64,000 bases of DNA from Octopus sinensis (GCF_006345805.1 NC_042998.1:158162001-158226000); one strand, 5' to 3'. Shown: positions 14,031-28,159, counted from the stretch's first letter. Program-made: numbers and translations. Notes: generated by a model not told the origin, from the sequence alone.

Positions 14031-14504
14031 TGTATGTATGTATTCATGTATGTATGTGTCTGCCTGTCTCTCTATCTATCTATAGATAAATAGATAGATA
14101 GATATTTAGATACATACATACATACATACATACATGCATACATACATACATACATACATACATACATACATACATACATACATACATACATACATACATA
14201 CATACGTAAGTGTGTGCAGGCAGGTATGAGTATTTACGTATTTGGAGCTATTCTGACAGATCGGTTGTTTTCACAGATGTTTAAATAAGACAGCTATATC
14301 CGAATCAAACTATAATAATTTACCATGATTTTGCTTTGTTTAAATACTGTATTGCATTTGTCCTTTGAATATATTTGACTAGAATGCTCCCTGACCCTCC
14401 CATTTATCCGTGTCAGCAGACGTCTTATTTCTCTCCTTCCAGCATACCCATCACCAACAGCAATAACAAAGAACGACAATAGCAACTACTACTACTACTA
14501 CTAC

Positions 14505-14607
<103 letters not shown>

Positions 14608-14741
14608 GCACAAGGCCTGAAAATTTTGGGGGAGGAGACCAGTCGATTACATCAACCCCAGTGATTCACTGGTACTTAATTTTTCGACCTCGAAAGGATG
14701 AAATAAGAACAATAATAATGATGATGATGATAATAATAATG

Positions 14742-14865
<124 letters not shown>

Positions 14866-15118
14866 TCACCACCACTATAACTACTATCATTACTGCCATC
14901 ACAACCATCACCACCACCACCGCCATTACTACTACTACTATAACAATAATATTATCATTATTATGTTGGCTAAACGATTAGCTGCACATTTGAGGAATTA
15001 ATAACATCCTGCCATTTAAGAGCGGTTGACAACTTTAAAAGCGAACTTTCACAGAAGATGGTTTTAGGTACTTGAGTGACGTCACAATTATTTTGTTTCT
15101 GTCTTGTGCTGGTTTTAT

Positions 15119-15189
<71 letters not shown>

Positions 15190-15574
15190 CATATACACAT
15201 ACATATAATGTTTGTGGGTTTATGTATAAATGTATTAACATATATACGTACATGCATAAATACATACATATATACATATATATATACATACATACATATA
15301 TGTGTATATATGTGTGTATATGTATATACTTATATATATATACTTATGTGTGTGTTTGTGTATGTATGTTTGTATATATGTATGTAGGTATGTATGTACG
15401 AACATGTGCGTGTGTGCGTGTATGTGTGTGTATGTGTGTGTGTGTGTGTGTCTATGTAGTTAAATACTCTGTACACAAACTTGCAAGCTGCAATCCTAAA
15501 ATCGGCACATATGCAAATCGCATACATGTTGACATGTTTCTCTCTCTCCCTCTCCCTCTCTTTCTCTTCCTTTG

Positions 15575-15606
<32 letters not shown>

Positions 15607-16363
15607 GCTCTCGCTTTCTTATTGACACTTTTTATACAAGTACCATAGATAGACACAAACGTACATTGAAGCTAACACACTTTTATTAGCAAATAGGGAA
15701 ATACAAACTTAACAATTTGTCTTTCCCCTATTGAATTTCATCTCATTTCTTCTCTCCCACTCTCCCTTTTCCTCTTTCTTTATCTCTCATTATCATTCTG
15801 TCTTTTGTGTAAGATGCACACATACTCACTCACACACACACTCACACACAACATGTATATACTTACACACATAAACATTTATTAACACAGACATACACTT
15901 AAGTATCCCCAACGCAACACTTGGTAGAATGAAGCAGACATCAATAAAATCCCTACTACTTCAGTATCAATCCTAAAGGACAACAACAACAGCAACAACT
16001 AGAATAATAAACAACTACTACAAAAACAACAACAACCGCGCACAAAATAACAACGGTTGCAAAATCAGAAAAACAAGAATAGAAATAAATACAAATATCA
16101 TAAAACAATTCAAACGCATAAAAAGTCTCATACCGAAGGTATTAACATATACACAAACATACATGCATACATATATACATACATACACACACATAAATAC
16201 GTACATATTTACACATGTATACACACACATGCACACACACACACACACATAAATATATATATATGTATATATATGTACATGTGTATATGCAGTTGCAAAT
16301 ATGTATGTGTTTATACACATGTGTATGCGTATTTATCAGATATATGATATACGTATACACACT

Positions 16364-16406
<43 letters not shown>

Positions 16407-16472
16407 GTACATATATATATATTCACACACATATTTACAAATATATGTTCATATACATACATTCATACATGC

Positions 16473-16503
<31 letters not shown>

Positions 16504-16545
16504 CATGCATGCATGCATGCATGCATACATACATACATACATACA

Positions 16546-16576
<31 letters not shown>

Positions 16577-19005
16577 GGTGCGTGATACACTTTAACGATA
16601 AAGAGGAATTGAAAACCACTTTCGTTCTTAGAGCAAAGTTAAGTGTCTTGAGAAGGTGGTGGATCAGGTGATCAGCTGCTGTCTAAAATATTTAATGTAT
16701 CACCAGAAGATGACATTTAATTCGATATAGTCTGTTGATAATTCTATTAGCGTTGCACACAAATCATACCGCCTGTTTTGCAACACGTCACTATACCATG
16801 ATACCCCTCTTCTTCAACAAAAGGCTCCAGCTTTTCAATCCCTCGGACAACTCGGTCTAACTTAATTTCAAATGAGCGTGTTTTTACGAATCGCTCTCAA
16901 TCAGACATGAGGGAGAGCCATGGAGAGTTAGTGAGTGGGAGTAAAACTGCGAGCACTAGTGTGAGTGTTTGTGTGTGTGTGAGAGAGAGACAGACAGCCA
17001 GAGACAGAGAGAGATCATGAGGTATAAATAGAGAAAGGAAGGTAGATATATGAAGGGGAGAAAGAGATTAGTGTAGAGAGTTGTGGTGTTGTGTGGTGTG
17101 ATGTGATGTGTTGCTGTGTGAGGTGGTATGGTGTGGTAGGGTGGTAGAATAAGAGCTTTAATGGTGATGGGTTGGTGTGATGTGTGTGTGAATGAGGTCT
17201 TAAGAAGTCGACTTGATTTGGCTCGATTGCACCGTGAAAAGTTCTCCTCTCGTGGATTAAATTCAAATGTAATTAGAGCAAATCCTCGTTTCGCCCGGAG
17301 AGAACAAATTGTGTTTGCCTTATAAAGAAATTGAATAGATGGGAGCGGTTAAATGTGCGCATGTGTGTTAGTATTATGTGTGTGCATGCGCGCGCGCGCG
17401 CGGGGAAGTATATGCGTTTTTGTGTGGTTTCGGTAATGGTGGTGGTGGAGCAAATGTGCCGATGGACGTGAAGTTGGATGGATTTGTAAATAGGAGCGGG
17501 AAGAGAGGACCAGAAGGAGGAGACAGAAAATGGAAGATGAAGAAGTCAAAAGAAAATGACGGAGGATAAAACGAATAAAAAGGAAAAGGGAGGAAGAGGA
17601 GGAGAAAGGAAAGAAGGAAGGAAGGAGTGGGAAATGGAGAAGCAGAAATACAAAAAGAGGAAACGTAAGGCTTAATGATAATGGTGGTGGACAATTGAAA
17701 TGTGGATGGTGCATTGTTGTTTCGTTGACGTTGGTGTTGTTTTTGTTATTGTTGATGCTGGGGTGATGGTGTTGTTGTTGTTGTGGTGGTGGTGGTGATG
17801 GTGATGGTTAGTTTCATGTTGATAATGTCGGATGTGGTAGAGAGGCTAGTAATCTCGTTGTTATTGTTGTTGTGATTATATCGAGTATAGTATTGTTATT
17901 TTTGTTGTTCTTTAACTCTAGGTCAATATTGATTGAGCAGATTTATGATCAAAGGCTTTCCAGACAAGTTACCGCCATGCTGCCCCATTTCATTTTCAGC
18001 AATAATGTATTTAAGGCAACCATTATTGAATAAGTCTTTCTCTTTTATAAGTAGTTATGGTGTGATCTGAGAGAATTTGGTTGCTATTTCTAGCGTGTTA
18101 ACCATGTCTCAGAATAGTTCATTTGGTCAGTAAACTGTTTTAGGAGTTCTTATTGGTGATGACAATTTTACAAATGCCGTTGGTATTGGTGGTACTAATA
18201 CCAACAACATCAGTACAAGGTAACCTGTATGATAAAGGCATGCAAATCTAGACCATTCTCTCTTAAAATTTCCTAGTATTTAATTATCTAATGTTTGTTT
18301 CCAAGTTTTAGAATAGTGAGTGTGATTCAAAAGAGATGTGGCCGCTATTTCTTACACATCCACCGACTGCGTAGAGGATTTCCTATCGGCGGTCTACGTA
18401 TATCACGTCTGTTTTCGTTCCTCCACTTCACTCTGTATTTCATATCTTCTCTATAATAACTATTACTTAAACATTTTCACGCACCGTCTGTGATGAAGGG
18501 ATATATAAACAGCTGTGAGACCTCTTTATAAATGTTCTGAAAACTATTCACAGCCTTGGATTTTTTAAGTATATACTATAAATCATTTGATATTTAGTAT
18601 AATATTTTATATATTACATAATTTGTATACAATAATATAATAATATTATAATAAATTCATAGCTTCCCCCAATCTACTGCCTTCCTGCAAACGCCTCCTT
18701 TTTCTCTACTGTCCCCTTAGGCACCAGCACCCACTTGGACCGTCTCAGCGCCAATCGGGGGTGGCGGGCGGTAGCGCCTACTTTGAGAAGCTATACTGTA
18801 AATCATAAATTATTTGTGGTTTAAGTCTATACAAGGATAAAATTAATAGAAAGTCAACTTCTGAAAACACGATATATTAAAAAAAGAACTGCCTGATTGT
18901 ATTTCTTAGGCAAGTGTTTAGAGAACCAGTACGTTTTAGATACAACCGGTTCTATTCGGTTCTATTTATGTCTGCCTCTCCGTATCTTTTTCTCTTTTTT
19001 CTGTC

Positions 19006-19059
<54 letters not shown>

Positions 19060-19173
19060 TTCTTCGTGCTTGTCTGGCAGTCTCTTTCTCTTTGTCTCTA
19101 TGCCTGTCTGTTAGTTCTCTCTCCTCTCTCTCTCTCTCAGTCTCTTTCTCTTTGTCTCTATGCCTGTCTGTTA

Positions 19174-19228
<55 letters not shown>

Positions 19229-19261
19229 GTATTTATCAATCTGTCTGCCTGTCTATCTTTT

Positions 19262-19622
19262 ATCTTTTATCTTTTACTTGTTTCAGTCATGTTGGAGCAC
19301 CACCTTGAAGTATTTTACCAAGTCGACCCCGCCACTTGTATTTAAGCTTTCGACTTGTTCTTTCGGTCTCTCTTGCCAAACCGCTACGTTACAGGGACGT
19401 AAACACACCTAAACAGGGTGTCAGTCGCTGGTGGGGAACAAATAGGAACATAAGGATACACACATACACACACATACGGCGGGTTTCTTCCTTTTCCTTC
19501 TATCAAACCCATACGCAAGGCTTTAGATGGACCCGAGGCTACAGAAGAAGACAATTGCCCAATGTGCTACGCAGTGGGTCTGAACCCGGAACGATGTATT
19601 TGGGAAGCAAACTTCTTACCAC
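19262..19622 (-). mobile_element. SINE family 2 copy (long)
   Basis: atcttttacttgtttcagtcat...ggagcaccaccttgaag...cgggtttcttc...ttgcccaatgtgctacgcagtggg.ctgaacccgga; matches 4788-5205 and 27038-27190. Confidence 0.75.
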
Positions 19623-20100
19623 TGTCACTATCACCTCATCTAGCGCCGTCACTACTGCTGCTATCATGCTATCGGCACCACTAACTTCTCCACTTCTTCA
19701 CATAAATCAGTGACCCTCAACGAAATAGCAGCGAAATCCCCCTCAGATAGCACTGCCGTTTAAAATATCAGCAACACGTTAAATAATGCAGTCCTACATA
19801 GTTATAAAAGATTGTGATTTCAGGTATGTATTAAGCAAGCCTTCTCACCACCTCATTCGCCAAAGACCAGGGCCTAAAGAACAACAACAACCATCAGTTT
19901 CAGTTCTGTTTGTTTTTGTAGTTTCTACCGTCACTTCTTGAACTTCCCCTATCATCACTGATTTGACTGTCACCCTCACGGTATCGCCATCAATATCGTC
20001 ATCACTGCCGCCTTCTCGACGACTTCTGCTTCTGGATTATCGCTCCATCATGGCTGCCAGCACCACCAGCATTGCACAGTATTACCAACTACTACTGCTG

Positions 20101-20157
<57 letters not shown>

Positions 20158-21797
20158 AACACTACCACTATAATTACTGCCAGAATTACCTGTACTAGTA
20201 CGAATGCTACGAAACCACTAACAACTCTTTTGCTACAAATACCAGCACCACCGTCACCAACGCAATCCTCACAGGCAATGTCACCACCACTGCCATCAGC
20301 AGTATCAACTGCTCCACTATAACTGACGCCATGCTCACAACAGTTACTATCACCACCATCAATACCGCCACCAGCAGCAGCAACATCGCCTACTTCCCCG
20401 TCAATACCATTATAACAATAACTATCATCTCCACATCAACTGCCGCCACACGCACCGTCCACAACAACACCATCATAGCATTATTACCATCCACCACCGT
20501 TGCCGCCGCCGCCACTACCGTGGATGGAACCAACTTAATTCATTCATAATCTTTTATTACAATACAACGGCTGACTTGATTTTCAATTTGATGAGTAATT
20601 CTTTAGAATTCATCCCGCGGGACGGAGATGTATTGTCCGGAGTTTCTCCAAAGACCTCACTCCTATTCATCACGTTGTCAACATTCTGTTCCCATATGTA
20701 GGAGAGAGGGGAGAATAAAAAATGAAAATGAATTGACAAAAAATATAAAGGAATCGCCATTGATATTAAAAGAGAACAAGCATCAAGCACTTCTGCATTG
20801 ACACTGTCATAATGTCTGTTGGTCGTTGCTTAACCAATGGATAGTTTCCTTTCTGTATGCACTCCTGTATCTGTTCTTCCTCTTTATAATTTAGAATAAG
20901 TTTTGATCGGCTACCTCCTTGGTAGCAAGGTTGTGACGGAAAGCATCATGTTTTAACTTTCATCCTTTAAACCTTAAAGAGTCTTGCAAATTTTTATAGT
21001 TCCTGATAACGTGCTTATTTGTAGTGTATGAACTAAGGATTTGCGTTCTCTCCCTAAGAACCCGAGTTCAGCCATACTTTGCTCCAGGCGGATCGATGTG
21101 CACCTTGATGCTCCAGTAATAAGTATGAAGCGGAAAGTATATCTTAGGTACTAGATTTGTAAATTCCTTATCAATGGTTTTACTAAACTCCTTATCAATG
21201 TCTCGTATTTTTCTAACCACATTGGTGTCCAGTGGGCAGCTGATTTTCACAACAGATTATGTGGTCCCACATAACAATATCTGATTGTATTTTGGTGTTT
21301 AAACTTCGAGGGTGTTTTAAATTTTAAGTTCCGCCTACAGTTTTAACACATCGGCTTCAATATAGCCAGCTTCGTCTGTTGGTCTTTATTTATTAATTAG
21401 TTGGTTGGTTATTTAACTATTTATTTTTGTTATCCTGTTCCATGCTGTCCTGGCCATTGCAAACTGCCTCATAGGAAGATAATATCTAGAAGACATCCTC
21501 TCTCTGTTGGCAATAATGTGGTTGATATTCTTCAGTGTTGGACTTGTACACCTTACATTTGTTGTCTGTTAATGCTTTCCATCTTTTATGTTGATAGAAA
21601 AATACATTTCTATCAAAAAACATTCCAAAGCTAACCTTATTTTTCCTCTGCTATCATCCCCTTTTTATCAAAAGACATGTATCTTACACCTCATTAACAC
21701 ACACCTAAACTGATCTTTAACATAAAATATCACTGAAGCTTCTCTTTATAAAATTAAGATAGTTAATTCAGTCATAAGAAAAGAATATGAAAAACAT

Positions 21798-22510
21798 ATG
21801 ACCATTATGAAGTATATTTGCCACCTAAAGGAGGCTAACCATTAAGGGTTGATGCAACTGTAACTTGTAACCCCAGGAAGAGATCTCCTCCAGCTGGCTA
21901 TACACTATCTGTAGCCTATCAGTATTTGCAAAGGGAAGTCATCGTTCCCATCTCCAGCCTGACGTGATACACACGGACACGAGTTTCTGGGTAATTGACC
22001 CATCATCAGCGTGTGACAACCACCGGTTGGCGAAAGGAAATAATTCTTAATGCAAATTCATATGCACATTTCCAGTGACGAAATGTCACTGATCTCGAAA
22101 AAGTGAAAACAAGCAATAATAAATCTCTGAGCGAGCTATAAACAGTAGCTGCACGACATCGTGAAGTATATTTGCTTGTTTCCACCTTTTCGAGATCAGT
22201 GAATTTTTCGTCACTGGAAAAAGTATGTATATATTTGCATTGAGAATCATTTCCCATCACAACCGGTAGTTTTCACACGCTTATGACGGATCAATGCTCT
22301 GAAACTTGGGTCCGTATGTATCACGTCAGGCTGCAAATGGGAACGATGACTTCTCTTTGCAAATACTGATAGGGCACAGGGGATGTCTTCCTGGGCTAAA
22401 AGCTACAGTAGCATCAACCCTTAAGGGGTTAGCCACATTTTGGTGGCACATATACTTCATGATGTCATGCAAATATTGTTTATAGCTTGCTCAGAGATTT
22501 ATTATTGCTT
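21798..22510. mobile_element. Two inverted ~350-bp hammerhead-containing units (PLE pLTR or retrozyme monomers)
   Basis: The minus-strand unit 21798-22175 has terminal redundancy tgaagtatatttgc at 21808 and 22162 (period 354). It is followed by a plus-strand unit 22172-22510 that begins and ends with ttgctt. The two align as a diverged inverted repeat. Confidence 0.8.
21970..22015 (-). ncRNA. Type I hammerhead ribozyme (intact core)
   Basis: cacacg-CUGAUGA-ugggu-caauu-accca-GAAA-c-ucgu-GUC-cgugug: 6-bp stem I, 5-bp stem II, minimal stem III. Predicted cleavage between 21976 and 21975. A degenerate homologue lies on + at about 22274-22318 (CUUAUGA). Confidence 0.85.
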
Positions 22511-22944
22511 ATCTGACCATTATATATTTCACTAAAGGTCAACTATCCAAATGGAACAAGCCCTTCATAAAACACTTCTTAAATGCTCCACCACCTCCCG
22601 ACTCCACTCAATCAATTATCTTGCTTTTACCATTTACTACTTTCTTTGAGCACTTGTTCATCAACACTCCTTCACTATCTCACTTATTAAGAAACCCCAA
22701 CCCCACCCCAGGTACACCCAAATCTCTTATATATAGAATTAGACAGCACAACCTGGGGTTAGTTTGACAATCGCCACTGACGAATGCGATAAATTTCTCC
22801 AGAAAAGTTTACAAGGAATCTTTAAAAAATTCTCTACCGGAGTTGACAAAGAACTTACCATATCAACAAACCAAACTGTAAAATTATATTAAAAAATTAA
22901 ATTGATTAGAACTACCAGTGAAGTCATTCTTTACCTTTTTCAAA

Positions 22945-24427
22945 TATATGGTGGTTGACTACTCCTTATGCAGAGTTTGACTACCTCCTCTACCTACACC
23001 TTAGAACCATCATGGCATCTGATGTGGCTTTTTAAACCAGACAATGTTTTGAAAAGATACTCACATAGATTGCATATCCGATTTGGACCACAAAGAGCTA
23101 CAGATAAGTTCAGACTTTGTGCATCTTAAAATGTCTTTTGAGGGCTCCGTTATATTTTAAAACCTCCTGGCATACATTGCATTGAAAGGCGTGCATAGAC
23201 ATATAGGCAGAATAGTTGGTGGAGGTTCGTTTTCTACGGGTTCTCAAATGAGATTTGGTGGAGGCTCGTTTTCTACGGATTCTCAAATGAGCAAAAGAAA
23301 GGCATAATCTGTCATAAACTGTGCGCATAAAACGTTCATTGTCATTCACCTTCTCAATCGTAGCATCCTTCTTTAAATCTCTCTTGAGTCCTGCATGCGT
23401 TATCCTGACCTCTTCAAACGCTTTCACTCACTCCACACTTTTGTTTGCCATCCAGCTCGATCCGAAGCAAGGGTTTCTATATCCTCCAGACCCATTCCAA
23501 GTCACTTTATAGTAGTCCTTATGGCGTCCTTAAAACTTTTTTATGCTTACGCCGATAGCGTTTCCCCTCTGCTTGCTCACCATAAAACGGTTGTTTGGTC
23601 CTGTGTTAATCGCCATTCGAACAATATGGCCACATCATCTCATTTGGTTTCTCAAAATCATAGCTTTGATTGTAGTAAAGCCCGCAGATGCAATGATATC
23701 TGTGTTTGGAGGAAAAGAAGTCCATTTAATGTTTAAAATGCGATGAAGACATTTTTGGCGGAATTGTATAAAATGTCTTTCATAACATGTCCATGTTTCA
23801 CAAGAATACAACAGGGATAGTAAGACAAATTATTTGTACAGAGCCAACTTTGTATTATTATCTATATGTCGCTGACGCCAAACGTGTGACTCCAAGCCAC
23901 CAAATGCTCGTGCTGCTCTTTGAATTCGCAGATGTATTTCTGTATCCAGATTTCCATCATTTTGTATAGAGCTTTCAAGGTAGATGAACAAAAATTTTAG
24001 AGAAGTTACGAACAGCATCACATGCAGGTTAATACATTACAACAGTTCATGGTCAAGTCAAAATCATCACAAGCTGAGTCAAATGCAGATACAAGAGATT
24101 GCAGACCTGTTTCCGAATGACTGATACGAGCGCAATCGTTAGCGTATAAAATTTCCCTAATAAGTAAAGTAAAAACGTTCATTTTGAATTTCTGTCTGGT
24201 CAGATTAAAAACATTTCTTGTTGTTATCGTATGAAAATACCTTCCTCCGAGTTTAGAGCAGCGTGTTACAACACAATAGCAAAGTATATTGCAAAGAGGG
24301 TTGGTGCATCAAGGTCTCCTTGCTTTACTCCATTTTTCACGGCAAAAGATTCAGAGAGCCTACCACCAAATTAACTCTAGCTTTCATATCTTGATGCAAA
24401 GCCCTGATCATGTTTACAAATTTCAAG
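22945..24427 (-). mobile_element. 5'-truncated, decayed RTE-clade LINE (RT plus C-terminal C2H2-like fingers)
   Basis: Minus-strand frames give GVKQGDLDAPTLFAIYF, LYANDC (YADD equivalent), NDGNLDTEIHLRIQRAARAFGGL, CNVCQEVLKYNGALKRHFKMH and CNLCEYLFKTLSGLKSHIRCH, with multiple stops and frameshifts. Confidence 0.9.
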
Positions 24428-24599
24428 TATATATATATATTTCTTTACTGCCCACAAGGGGCTAAATATAGAGGGAACACAAACAAGGACAGACAAACGG
24501 ATTAAGTCGATTATATCGACCCCAGTGTGAAACTGGTACTTTATTTATCGACCCCGAAAGGATGAAAGGCAAAGTCGACCTCGGCGGAATTTATATATA

Positions 24600-25400
24600 A
24601 ATAATAACAAAATAATAACTAAAACATATGCATATATACATACATATATGTACGTACCTACATCTATATGTATATATGCATGCATATATGGGTACAGGAC
24701 ACCAACAAAACGTCGAACACAATGAGAAACGAAAACATAAAAACAAAACCAAGGAAACGGACATTTTTTTAAACAACGAAAAAAACAGAGTACAAGACAT
24801 ACAACACAAGGAAAATTCCCCTTCTTCGGCCGCCTCTGTTTCGTCTACTCCGTGTTTCGAAGGTAAAGGCGAGACACGACTTCTTAGAAACAGTCCTTCC
24901 CGCAAAGCAAATTAAATAAAATTTGAGATTTTTTGCGGAGGGGTAAAAACGGTAAAAAAAAAAACAGGACAGTAAAGACAATACAAATAAAATCAGTAAA
25001 AGACAGGACAAGGAGAATAACAGTAACACAAACTTTAAGGGTTGTTAAGCCTGAACGAAGGAAAAATTATTTTGAACGCTTTGAAAACGGCTTGAGAGGG
25101 ACAGAGAAAGCCGTCTACACTTGTTGGAAGTAGTAGTCAGAAAGGCAGTAGACCTCTGGTCACGTGTCAGTGACAGGAGGTGGGAGAAGGAGTAAGAGAA
25201 AGGGAGAGAAAAAAGGGAAGGGTTGTAGAGAAAACCAGAAAGAATGAAGAATGAGAAAGAGAGAGGGATAGTAAGTTTAGAAGAAAAGGAAACCAGAAAG
25301 AATGAAGAATGAGAGAGGGAGGTGGACAGAAAGGTTAAGAGAGCGCATATATAGTTTAGTTTTTCTGTTAAAGTAAGATTAACCCAAAAAGTATTCCCAA
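24600..25400 (-). mobile_element. Dispersed repeat family X, copy C; carries the rearranged hammerhead motif at 24818-24879
   Basis: Aligns by eye with 28301-28845, 32150-32935 and 52570-53170 (e.g. gtaggtacgtacatatatg, ttcgacgt...ggtgtcctgtac, cttcgaaac, gaagaagggga). Confidence 0.85.
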
Positions 25401-25465
25401 GTGGCTGTGGGACATACACACATACATGTATATGTATGTGTATATATGTATGTAATGTATGTATG

Positions 25466-25579
<114 letters not shown>

Positions 25580-26115
25580 AAAGGGCTTAGTAAAATAAAT
25601 TACTTTGCCGCATACTGAACTCGTTAGAAATAGCAGCTAAAAAAACTTTTTATAAAACTATTTCTAACACTTAAAGAAAACCTCTCTCATATAGTGTTTG
25701 CTCAATTCAACTCAAGAAAGTATGAGGGTAGAGACATTAAAAAATCAAATGCAAAGGTTATTTGAGTACGTATTTACTAAGCCCTTTTATATAATGTAAT
25801 AATTTGAATTTGCCTTAAATGGTCCCTTTGCATACTGAATACTTGGTGAAATTGATTAATTAATTAATTAATTTTACCCTCAATTGTTGAAATTATAATT
25901 CATCTCTCTCTACTTAATTGTCTCGGATTTTACCGAAAAAAGCATAGTGTTTGCTGATTTTAACCCACGCTGGTGGAAAGGGGAGAGCAGAAAATTTTCT
26001 CTTGCATATTTGAGTTTGTTGGCACTGTTAGTTTGGAGCAGATCTTCAGAAGCGATAACAAGCCGAAAGGGTATGCTCCCATTTTCAGTGTTTTCAAATT
26101 CAAACAAGGGCATTC

Positions 26116-26168
26116 TGAGCTGATGAGAGAAGGGTCGATTTTGACTAATCTTGAAACGTACGTACTCA
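26116..26168 (+). ncRNA. Minimal type I hammerhead ribozyme, unit 1
   Basis: ugag-CUGAUGA-gaga-ag-gguc-gauuuu-gacu-aa-ucuu-GAAA-cguac-GUA-cuca, with a palindromic stem III region ACGUACGU typical of dimer-forming minimal HHRs. Predicted cleavage after 26164. Confidence 0.85.
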
Positions 26169-26674
26169 AATAACCTTTGCATTTGATTTTTTAATGTCTC
26201 TACCCTCATACTTTCTTGAGTTGAATTGAGCAAACACTATATGAGAGAGGTTTTCTTTAAGTGTTAGAAATAGTTTTATAAAAAGTTTTTTTAGCTGCTA
26301 TTTCTAACGAGTTCAGTATGCGGCAAGTAATTTATTTTACTAAGCCCTTTTATATAATGTAATAATTTGAATTTGCCTTAAATGGTCCCTTTGCATACTG
26401 AATACTTGGTGAAATGATTAATTAATTAATTAATTTTACCCTCAATTGTTGAAATATAATTCATCTCTCTCTACTTAATTGTCTCGGATTTTACCGAAAA
26501 AAGCATAGTGTTTGCTGATTTTAACCCACGCTGGTGGAAAGGGGAGAGCAGAAAATTTTCTCTTGCATATTTGAGTTGTTAGCACTGTTAGTTTGGAGCA
26601 GATCTTCAGAAGCGATAACAAGCCGAAAGGTATGCTCCCATTTTCAGTGTTTTCAAATTCAAACAAGGGCATTC

Positions 26675-26727
26675 TGAGCTGATGAGAGAAGGGTCGATTT
26701 TGACTAATCTTGAAACGTACGTACTCA
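26675..26727 (+). ncRNA. Minimal type I hammerhead ribozyme, unit 2
   Basis: Identical to 26116-26168. Predicted cleavage after 26723, 559 nt downstream of the first site. Confidence 0.85.
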
Positions 26728-27206
26728 AATAACCTTTGCATTTGATTTTTTAATGTCTCTACCCTCATACTTTCTTGAGTTGAATTGAGCAACACATATG
26801 AGAGGGTTTTCTTTAAGTGTTAGAAATAGTTTTATAAAAAGTTTTTTTAGCTGCTATTTCTAACGAGTTCAGTATGCGGCAAAGTAATTTATTTTACTAA
26901 GCCCTTTTATATAATGTAATAATTTGAATTTGCCTTAAATGGTCCCTTTGCATACTGAATACTTGGTGAAATTGATTAATTAATTAATTAATTAATTTTA
27001 CCCTCAATTGTTGAAATTATATATATATATATATATGTAGGACAGCTTCATTCGGTTTCCGTCTACCAGATCCACTCACAAGGCTTTGGTTGGCTTGAGT
27101 ATATAGCACTTGCCCAAGGTGCCACGCAATTGGATTGAACCAGGAACCATGTAGTTGGTAAACAAACTTTTTACCACACACCTACTTCTGCGCGTGTGAG
27201 ATATAT

Positions 27207-27300
<94 letters not shown>

Positions 27301-28159
27301 CATATATATATGTGCACGTGCATTTGCATGTGAGAGGAACGCGCGATTATGGTGTTAAAAATACACGTGTATATATGTGTGTAAGAAGTATTTATAAGTT
27401 TATGAACTGTTTCGCTCTGTTGTTTATTTCTTTATGTATTGTGTAGTAGACCAGAACCAACCCCTACTTTATAGGTCAAACCTTTTCAATTATCGTAACT
27501 CTCTGCCACACATTTACTTTTGCTTTCTATTTCTTTTGCTCTTTTTGTCCGTTTCTGTTACTTTACGGTAATAACTGTAAAGAGGACGAGAAGCGAAGAA
27601 CCAAGACAAAAGGGATGGCAGAGATTAGTTGAAGGAGAAATCAATGGTTGTCATAGGGAGGGGTAGGGAGAGATAGAAATTTCGCACTGGCTAGAAAAAT
27701 AAAACCAGCCCACGTGATCCGTCGTCTGCTGGTGACTAGAAGCAAGACAGAATTGAACAGGGCTTGATGGATTCTAGCAGATTTTAGCTGTCTATCCATC
27801 AGTGATAATGAAATAATATGGCATACAATCAAAAGATGACCATTCGACTTTACATTAAACCATGTGCATTCTTTACCCAACAAGTGTTATCAATGGACAT
27901 TGATTTTAATATTTTCTTTCCATAATCAGGAGCTCAACTAAGCTAATGGACCTCTCTGAATGGATGACAATCTTAATGAAATCGTAAATCTTCTGAAAAA
28001 GATTCTCGCTGGTTGGCTCTTATTCCCGCTCAATTTATTTCTTTTTCTCTGTCTCTCGTTGTCAGTTTCTCTTCAGTATTTCGACAATTATATTCTCTCT
28101 TTCTTCCCCCTCCTTCCACTCTCCTACTCTCTGTCTGTCTGTCTGTCTGTCTGTCTGTG

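Noticed and set aside
20540-21640. Possible further PLE ORF remnants (also ~4000-4720, 29850-30350, 53950-55400)
   Set aside because: Only faint motif echoes (e.g. KTIDKEFTNLVPKIYFP); too degraded to call without a profile search.
23218-23292. Short direct duplications (39 bp here; also 19078-19200, 37701-37740, 54744-54785, and diverged 51557-51645/51824-51912)
   Set aside because: Ordinary slippage or local tandem duplications with no further structure.
25985-26056. Opposite-polarity hammerhead in the 560-nt unit (CUGAAGA...GAAAAUUUUC on -), which would make it viroid-like
   Set aside because: Stem I cannot form (cgcuu versus ugcuc) and stem II would need a ~35-nt unstructured loop.
25773-27020. 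CRISPR-like or satellite interpretation of the tandem repeats
   Set aside because: No repeat-spacer alternation, eukaryotic context, and only ~2 units carrying ribozyme cores.
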